64,000 nt of DNA from positions 371,680 to 435,679 of the forward strand of contig OZ251518.1 of the NCBI GenBank assembly GCA_965242965.1, written 5' to 3'. The DNA comes from Candidatus Poribacteria bacterium. Its GTDB lineage: Bacteria; Poribacteria; WGA-4E; WGA-3G. The notes under the pieces are model-generated. The model saw only the letters and a program-made list of their open reading frames with translations. It ran no database searches and was not told where the DNA came from. Both the position numbers and the translations under genes were made by a program. Positions 58,423 through 64,000 of the stretch are shown piece after piece. Each line of letters starts with the position of its first letter. Positions within the stretch are counted from its first letter, which is position 1.

Positions 58423-59325
58423 ATGGAAAATAGTGCATACAATGTCGGCGTTGTCGGTGTTGGAAGGATGGGCGCGAATATTGCCCGGCATCTGAACGAT
58501 GATGGATTCAATGTCACCGTCGTTTACGATGTGGCCAGTGAACGCGCGCAGGAGCTCGCCGCGGAGCTCGGCGCAGTTGCGGCGGATACGTTAGCGCAGG
58601 TTACGGCGCGCGCCGACTATATCATCACCGTTGTTACGGACGATGCGGCGATGCGCCAGGTCTTCGCCGAAAATGCGGATGACAGCCTGCTCACCGGTTC
58701 GTGCTGCAAACTCTTCATTAACTGCGCCACGATTAGTCCGCATGTTCACGTTGAGGTGGAACAACTCGCGGAAAGGCACGGTGCGGAGAGCCTTGAAGGG
58801 TGCATGGCGAGTAGCATTACGCAGGCGCGGGAAGGCACACTCTATCTGATGTGCGGTGGAAAAAAAGAGACGTTTGAGAGGGCACGCGCCATTCTCGATT
58901 CGATGAGCATCTCCCTCCGTTATATCGGCTCGGCGGGACAGGCGGCGCAAGTCAAGGCACTTGTCAATATGGTGATGAACATCAACACGGCTGGGCTCGC
59001 TGAGGGCCTCGGCTTGGGTGCCGCGCTTGGGTTGGACCTGGGGATGTTACAGCAGGTCTTCGCGCAGACCGGGGCAAACTCTCGCGTGTTGGAGACAGAT
59101 GGCGAAGACATGGAGTCCCGGGACCACGAGTGCTATTTTTCGGCGGCGCATGCATCGAAAGATTCGGGCATCGCGCTGGATTTAGCGGACGCGGCTGGCA
59201 TTGCTCTCCCACTGGCGCAGGCGACGAAAGCGCAGTATGACAAGATGATTGAAATGGGATTAGGCGAATTGGATAAATCCGGTGTCGCTGAATTGACGTT
59301 CCCCGGTCGCGGAGGACAATCGTAA
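58423..59325 (+). CDS. NAD(P)-dependent oxidoreductase of the 3-hydroxyisobutyrate/6-phosphogluconate dehydrogenase family
   Basis: RBS GGGAGG. VGVVGVGRMGANIA Rossmann motif. Confidence 0.75.
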   Translation: MENSAYNVGVVGVGRMGANIARHLNDDGFNVTVVYDVASERAQELAAELGAVAADTLAQVTARADYIITVVTDDAAMRQVFAENADDSLLTGSCCKLFINCATISPHVHVEVEQLAERHGAESLEGCMASSITQAREGTLYLMCGGKKETFERARAILDSMSISLRYIGSAGQAAQVKALVNMVMNINTAGLAEGLGLGAALGLDLGMLQQVFAQTGANSRVLETDGEDMESRDHECYFSAAHASKDSGIALDLADAAGIALPLAQATKAQYDKMIEMGLGELDKSGVAELTFPGRGGQS

Positions 59326-59439
59326 GTGTGGATGTAGGCAATCGTGCCTCAAGCAAGAACGTAGTCAACGTAATCTGAGGGTGTTTCATAAGTCCGTTTC
59401 GGTATTTATTCCGCCTTGGAGGGCTGGCGAACACCAGAA

Positions 59440-59705
59440 GGCATCGGGTCCATCTCTGTAGTTCGGGCTCGCCTGATCCCGAATGGGGCATGGAGAGGAG
59501 AACCCCTCCCTGGCCCGTAGCGCGGGGGCCTGTCCCCCGCGATCGTTCGATCTGCGCGAAAAACGCACACTGGCCAAAGCCGTTTCCCCAATCGAGGCAC
59601 GGCGAGGGACAGGCCCTCGCCCTACGGGCCAGGGCGGCGTTTTTTCACCGTAGCGCGGGGCCCTCGGATGCCACACGCGCATCCGAGCGGGTTTCACCGC
59701 GACGT
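59440..59705. repeat. REP cluster (families 2, 1)
   Basis: Direct reading. Confidence 0.85.
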
Positions 59706-59770
59706 TGAGCGAGTTATGAAACACCCTCAACGTAATCTGGCAGTGTCAATAATGGCATCGGTGGAGAGAC

Positions 59771-60523
59771 ATGCAACGACAAGAAGTGTCCGCTGAACGC
59801 ATTGGGAAAGACGAAAAACTCAGAGGCGTAATCCTTGCCGGCGGTTTAGGCACGCGCCTGCATCCGCTTACCAAAGTGACGAGTAAGCATCTGCTGCCGG
59901 TGGGTAACGAACCGATGATTTTTCATTGCGTCAAGCAGTTCACCTCGGCAGGCGTTACGGATATCCTCATCGTGACGAATCCGGAGTATGTCGGCGATTT
60001 TGCGAGGGTTCTTGGTGGCGGTGCCGAGTTCGGGTGTGAGTTCACCTATCGCGTGCAGGAGGAGGCTAAGGGCATTGCGCACGCGCTTGCACTAGCGGAG
60101 GGATTCGCTGCCGGTGGCAGGATTGTCGTATTTCTGGGCGATAACGTTTTTGAATCGCCTATTCAGCCCGCGGTTGCGGATTTCCTTGCGCAACGAGAGG
60201 GTGCGCGCGTCATGCTCAAGCAGGTGCCAGATCCTCGGCGTTACGGCGTTGCGGTTCTGGACGACAATCGCATCGTTGCGATTGAGGAGAAACCGCCGCA
60301 TCCGAAAAGCGATTACGCGGTGGTAGGTGTCTATTTTTACGATGGGGCTGTTTTTGACATTATCCGCACGATTGAACCCTCGGCGCGCGGTGAATATGAG
60401 ATAACGGCTGTCAACAACGTTTATCTCCGCCGTGGGCTGCTTGAATACAGCGTCGTGCAGGGAAGGTGGGTTGACGCTGGCACGTTTGATTCGCTAAATG
60501 AGGCGCATCATATTTTGTTGTAG
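59771..60523 (+). CDS. Sugar-phosphate nucleotidyltransferase (RmlA/G1P-thymidylyltransferase-like short form)
   Basis: GVILAGGLGTRLHPLT...K motif. Confidence 0.7.
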   Translation: MQRQEVSAERIGKDEKLRGVILAGGLGTRLHPLTKVTSKHLLPVGNEPMIFHCVKQFTSAGVTDILIVTNPEYVGDFARVLGGGAEFGCEFTYRVQEEAKGIAHALALAEGFAAGGRIVVFLGDNVFESPIQPAVADFLAQREGARVMLKQVPDPRRYGVAVLDDNRIVAIEEKPPHPKSDYAVVGVYFYDGAVFDIIRTIEPSARGEYEITAVNNVYLRRGLLEYSVVQGRWVDAGTFDSLNEAHHILL

Positions 60524-60539
60524 GTGGGCATCGGGACCG

Positions 60540-60660
60540 GGAGGGGAAGTCGGGAGCGGGAGGTTTCGCCTACCCGTTCGGGAGCAGGTGCTCCCGAACT
60601 ACAGTCATATTGCATCGAGACCAGGAGGTCTCGCCTACGGGACCGGGAGGTCTCTCCTAC
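60540..60660. repeat. REP cluster (family 3 x3 plus family 2 half)
   Basis: Direct reading. Confidence 0.85.
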
Positions 60661-60690
60661 GGTAATTTTGATAATGGCATTGGTAAATAA

Positions 60691-62001
60691 ATGGTGAATC
60701 ACTCAGAAACTTTGTCCGAACACATTGCGAGAGAGGAAAACCCGTTTCTCTCGATTGTTGTGCCGGTTTACAACGAAGAGGAGAACGTTCGTCCGCTGTT
60801 TGAAAAAATTCGGGCGGTGTGCGAGGAAATCTACGTAACCTACGAGGTGTTGTTCGTAGACGACGGTAGCCGAGACGATACCTTCGCGGTGCTTTCTGCA
60901 TTGCACGAGGAGCTGTGCTCGCGCTTCCAGAGTGAGGCAGCGGGTGAATCTTATCCGGTAGGCGCGATTTCCAAGCGCGGCATCTTGCGAGTTCTGCAAT
61001 TTGAGAAGAATGCGGGACAGACGGCGGCGATGGCGGCAGGGTTTGAATATGCCCGCGGCGAATACATCGTCAGTATGGACGGTGATTTGCAGAATGATCC
61101 GGTTGATATTCCGCGCATGCTGCGGGAGCTTGACAAAGGCTATGACCTGGTTTGTGGCTGGCGGAAGGACCGGCAGGATAAGTTTTGGACTCGGCGCGTG
61201 CCTTCTGTCGCAGCCAATTGGCTTATCGCCAAAATAACGGGGATTCCGATTCATGACAATGGGTGCTCGCTGAAGGCATATCGGGCATCGATTATCAAAC
61301 AGGTGCCGCTTTACGGCGAGATGCACCGATTTATCCCGTTGATGTCGCGGTTCGCCTGCGCGATAATCACCGAAGTGGCAGTCACACACCATCCGCGTCG
61401 TTTCGGGGAAAGCAAGTATGGGCTCGGCAGAGTATGGCGTGTGATTTTGGATATTATGGCGTTCGTGTTTATCCTCATCAGTTTTCCGGTCCGTTCGGAA
61501 GACCCGAGGTTCAGCGCACTGCGGCGTAAAAACCCGAAAACAAATGTGTGGTTAGTCACGGGGTGCCTCAGTATCCCTTTTTTGATTTTCGGTGGTAGAA
61601 TCGCGCTGACAGATCCGTTTCTCCTTCCGATGGCGGTGACGCTTTTGGTCTACGGGTCCTGCATGATTCTCATCGGTTTGATGACGAGCCGGGCACTCAC
61701 GCGGGCGCAACGTTCGGCGGATTTGGGCATGCTTGCGCGGTTCTTTAAGTTTTTCTGTAAGCGGCGGCCAATCAGGGTTTTCGGTCCCATCGGTGTGCTA
61801 CTGTTCGTGTCAGGTTGCATTCTCCCGCTGCTGTCCGGGGGAACGCTGATCATCTATGTGATTAAGATGCTCGTCCTGCTGATAGCGTTGATAAAAGCGA
61901 GTATCGTGGTGTTCTGGTTCGGCTTGTTCGGTGAGCTCGTCTCGTTTGCGAATGCGGATAAGGTGAAGGATTACAAGGTGGCAACGTTGCTTGGTTCGTA
62001 A
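60691..62001 (+). CDS. GT2 polyprenol-phosphate glycosyltransferase (ArnC/GtrB/DPM1-like) with a C-terminal multi-TM extension
   Basis: LSIVVPVYNEEENV, FVDDGSRD, DGDLQNDP motifs. C-terminal hydrophobic helices. Confidence 0.8.
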   Translation: MVNHSETLSEHIAREENPFLSIVVPVYNEEENVRPLFEKIRAVCEEIYVTYEVLFVDDGSRDDTFAVLSALHEELCSRFQSEAAGESYPVGAISKRGILRVLQFEKNAGQTAAMAAGFEYARGEYIVSMDGDLQNDPVDIPRMLRELDKGYDLVCGWRKDRQDKFWTRRVPSVAANWLIAKITGIPIHDNGCSLKAYRASIIKQVPLYGEMHRFIPLMSRFACAIITEVAVTHHPRRFGESKYGLGRVWRVILDIMAFVFILISFPVRSEDPRFSALRRKNPKTNVWLVTGCLSIPFLIFGGRIALTDPFLLPMAVTLLVYGSCMILIGLMTSRALTRAQRSADLGMLARFFKFFCKRRPIRVFGPIGVLLFVSGCILPLLSGGTLIIYVIKMLVLLIALIKASIVVFWFGLFGELVSFANADKVKDYKVATLLGS

Positions 62002-62009
62002 ACGTTGAT

Positions 62010-62170
62010 TGCATCAAGACCAGGAGGTCTCTCCTACCGAGGGATGCATCGAAACTTCTGTAGTTTGTGATCGCCTGATCACAAACATGTCAGGTCTCTC
62101 CTACCGGGGGGAGAATCGAGATGCGGGAAGCTATTGCATCGAGACCGGGAGGTCTCTCCTACCGGGACGT
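62010..62170. repeat. REP cluster (family 3 x3, family 2)
   Basis: Direct reading. The caller ORF start at 62134 lies inside it. Confidence 0.85.
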
Positions 62171-62193
62171 TGAGACTGGACGGGAAGGAAAGG

Positions 62194-63339
62194 GTGGATG
62201 TTTTGGATACGCATGCCGATAATTGGCGCGCCGAATTTCCGGTAACCGAAAACTATATCTATATGAACCACGCCGGGGTCGCGCCGTTATCGCGGCGGGT
62301 GCGGGAGGCGATGACAGCGTTTGTGGAAGATGCCACCGTGAACGGTGCGGTTCATGCTGACATTTGGGCAGAAACGGCGGAAGAGTGCCGTGTTGCAGCG
62401 GCGCGCTTTCTTAATGCCGACGCGGCTGAGATTGCGTTCATGAAAAATACGACGCAAGGGATTCTCATCGCAGCGAACGGTATTGATTGGCGCGCCGGGG
62501 ACAACGTCGTCACAACGGCGGTTGAGTTTCCGGCTAATGTTTACCCTTGGTGGAGCTTGAAGGAACGCTACGGCGTTGAGACGCGCATGGTGCCGGAACG
62601 CAATGGATGCATCGACATTGCTGATATTGCCGATGCCGTGGATGCGCGCACCCGCGCCGTGACGATTAGCCACGTTGAATTCGCCTCCGGGTTCCGCAAT
62701 GACATTCGGGCCATCGGCGAGTTGTGCCGAGCGCGCGATGTCTGGTTCATCGTTGACGCGATTCAGAGCCTCGGTGCAATTGAGGTTGATGTCAAGGCGG
62801 CGCACGTCGATATCCTCGCCGCCGATGGACATAAGTGGCTACTTGCACCGGAAGGAGCGGCGATTTTCTATTGTGCCGCCGAGAAATTGGAACGGCTCAT
62901 TAACACCAACGTCGGATGGGCAAGCGTTGTGAATCCGCGCGATTTTCTTAACTATGAACTGACCCAAAAACCGGACGCGACTCGGTTTGAAGAGGGCTCT
63001 TACAACAGCGTTGGTTTGTATGGGCTCAAGGCGGCGATTGAATTGTTGCTGGAGGTGGGCATCGCTAATGTTGCGGCGCGCGTTTTGAGGCTGACAGCAC
63101 ATTTAATGGCGGGGTTAGAGGCGAAAGGGTATCGCGTTGTCACGCCGAAAGCAGATAGTTCGCGGGCGGGGATTGTGATTTTTGAAAGTCCGCGGCATGC
63201 GCCTGCTGAGATTGAGGAGCTGCTTCGCGATGAACGTATCATCACGGCGGCGCGCGGGAGCGGTGTCAGAGTCTCGCCGCATTTTTACAACACGGAATTG
63301 GAAATAGCTCGTTTGTTAGAGGTGCTCCCCGTTTTGTGA
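62194..63339 (+). CDS. Class V PLP aminotransferase / cysteine-desulfurase-like (start uncertain: GTG 62194, or later)
   Basis: IYMNHAGVAPLS N-terminus, HVEFASG, ILAADGHKWLLAPEG (PLP-lysine region). Confidence 0.7.
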   Translation: MDVLDTHADNWRAEFPVTENYIYMNHAGVAPLSRRVREAMTAFVEDATVNGAVHADIWAETAEECRVAAARFLNADAAEIAFMKNTTQGILIAANGIDWRAGDNVVTTAVEFPANVYPWWSLKERYGVETRMVPERNGCIDIADIADAVDARTRAVTISHVEFASGFRNDIRAIGELCRARDVWFIVDAIQSLGAIEVDVKAAHVDILAADGHKWLLAPEGAAIFYCAAEKLERLINTNVGWASVVNPRDFLNYELTQKPDATRFEEGSYNSVGLYGLKAAIELLLEVGIANVAARVLRLTAHLMAGLEAKGYRVVTPKADSSRAGIVIFESPRHAPAEIEELLRDERIITAARGSGVRVSPHFYNTELEIARLLEVLPVL

Positions 63340-63394
63340 AACAGGATGTATGCAAGATGCGAGTTGGAGAAAAACAAGCAAGGAAGGGTAAAAA

Positions 63395-64000
63395 TTGATT
63401 AGACAGAGACAAAATAACGTTCGCGGTTACGCGTGCTCCTCGTTCTGGGTGATGCTCGGTTTTCTGGTGATGCTTGGGAGTTGCACGGTGCCGGGTGGCA
63501 ACCAGAAGATTAGCAAGATCCGCCTCTCCGTCCAAAATCCGCTGCCTATCCATCGGCAGAATGTTCCGATCGTGCTAACGGGCGAGTATCTCCGGAAAGT
63601 CAATTCGGATTTTTCCTTTAAGGCGTATTCCGTGGTTGTTGGGAAAGCCCCTCAGGAACGGATGCTTTCGTCACAAGCCGATGACTTGGACTACGATGGT
63701 GAGCGCGATCAGCTCAGTTTCTTGCTGGATTTGGAACCGGAGGAGACAAAGGAGATTTCCATTCTTTATGACGCTACCGTGGAGGCGGCATTAACGTTGG
63801 AACTCAATAAACAGACGCGGGCGGGCATTTTTCCGGAACTTAACGCCGTGGCGGCGATGGAATCCAACCTCATTGCGTATGTTTTGAAACCAGACGGTGG
63901 TATCGTCGCGTATGGCAAAAAACGGGCGGAACTCTTCAGCATTGATTCGGTGTTTCAGTATGAGTTGGACTCGGGGCAGCCGCTTTCCCCCGACTTTCGT
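63395..64000 (+). CDS. Partial (3'-truncated by the window end) lipoprotein, function unknown
   Basis: RBS AAGGAAGGG. Signal FWVMLGFLVMLGSC lipobox. Open frame runs to the end of the window. Confidence 0.5.
   Translation, partial: MIRQRQNNVRGYACSSFWVMLGFLVMLGSCTVPGGNQKISKIRLSVQNPLPIHRQNVPIVLTGEYLRKVNSDFSFKAYSVVVGKAPQERMLSSQADDLDYDGERDQLSFLLDLEPEETKEISILYDATVEAALTLELNKQTRAGIFPELNAVAAMESNLIAYVLKPDGGIVAYGKKRAELFSIDSVFQYELDSGQPLSPDFR

Noticed and set aside
1-64000. tRNA/rRNA genes, integrases/transposases, prophage structural genes
   Set aside because: No tRNA-like cloverleaf signatures (e.g. GGTTCGAATCC T-arm) or rRNA segments were seen. No ORF shows transposase, integrase or phage structural motifs. 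The mobile content appears limited to non-autonomous palindromic elements.

Overview
The window is a 64-kb chromosomal segment of a bacterium with about 57% GC. Gene content (several PhyH dioxygenases, Gfo/Idh/MocA oxidoreductases, xylose-isomerase-like TIM barrels, enolase-superfamily enzymes, a PSCyt1-type cytochrome lipoprotein) suggests a PVC/Poribacteria-like genome, but this is not proven. Housekeeping and metabolic genes (argD-like, argS, mtnP, aminotransferases, dehydrogenases, a GT2 glycosyltransferase) are interspersed with accessory content. The main accessory block is at 0.8-10.9 kb. There, a 1167-aa N6-adenine DNA methyltransferase (its 3' end broken in frame at a G9 homopolymer) lies upstream of a Uma2 nuclease remnant and an operon encoding a tail-anchored 35-aa-repeat coiled-coil protein translationally coupled to a PLD-nuclease/SNF2-helicase fusion. 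I interpret this as a candidate, possibly undescribed, DISARM/BREX-like defence island. A second large Type IIG (MmeI-like) restriction-modification (RM) gene sits at 48.7-51.8 kb, downstream of a tandem array of composite palindromic repeats, and has a leaderless promoter. The window also has three tandem hicA-hicB toxin-antitoxin cassettes and an ECF-sigma/TM/BNR-propeller one-component regulator sharing a conserved promoter module with a downstream lipoprotein gene. Three secreted proteins share an unusual C-terminal KL[ST]TTWG motif. Several interlocking small palindromic repeat (REP/MITE-like) families occupy about 13% of the window, fill most intergenic spaces, and have inserted in-frame into two coding genes. 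Many six-frame ORFs are repeat-derived or antisense artefacts and are rejected.
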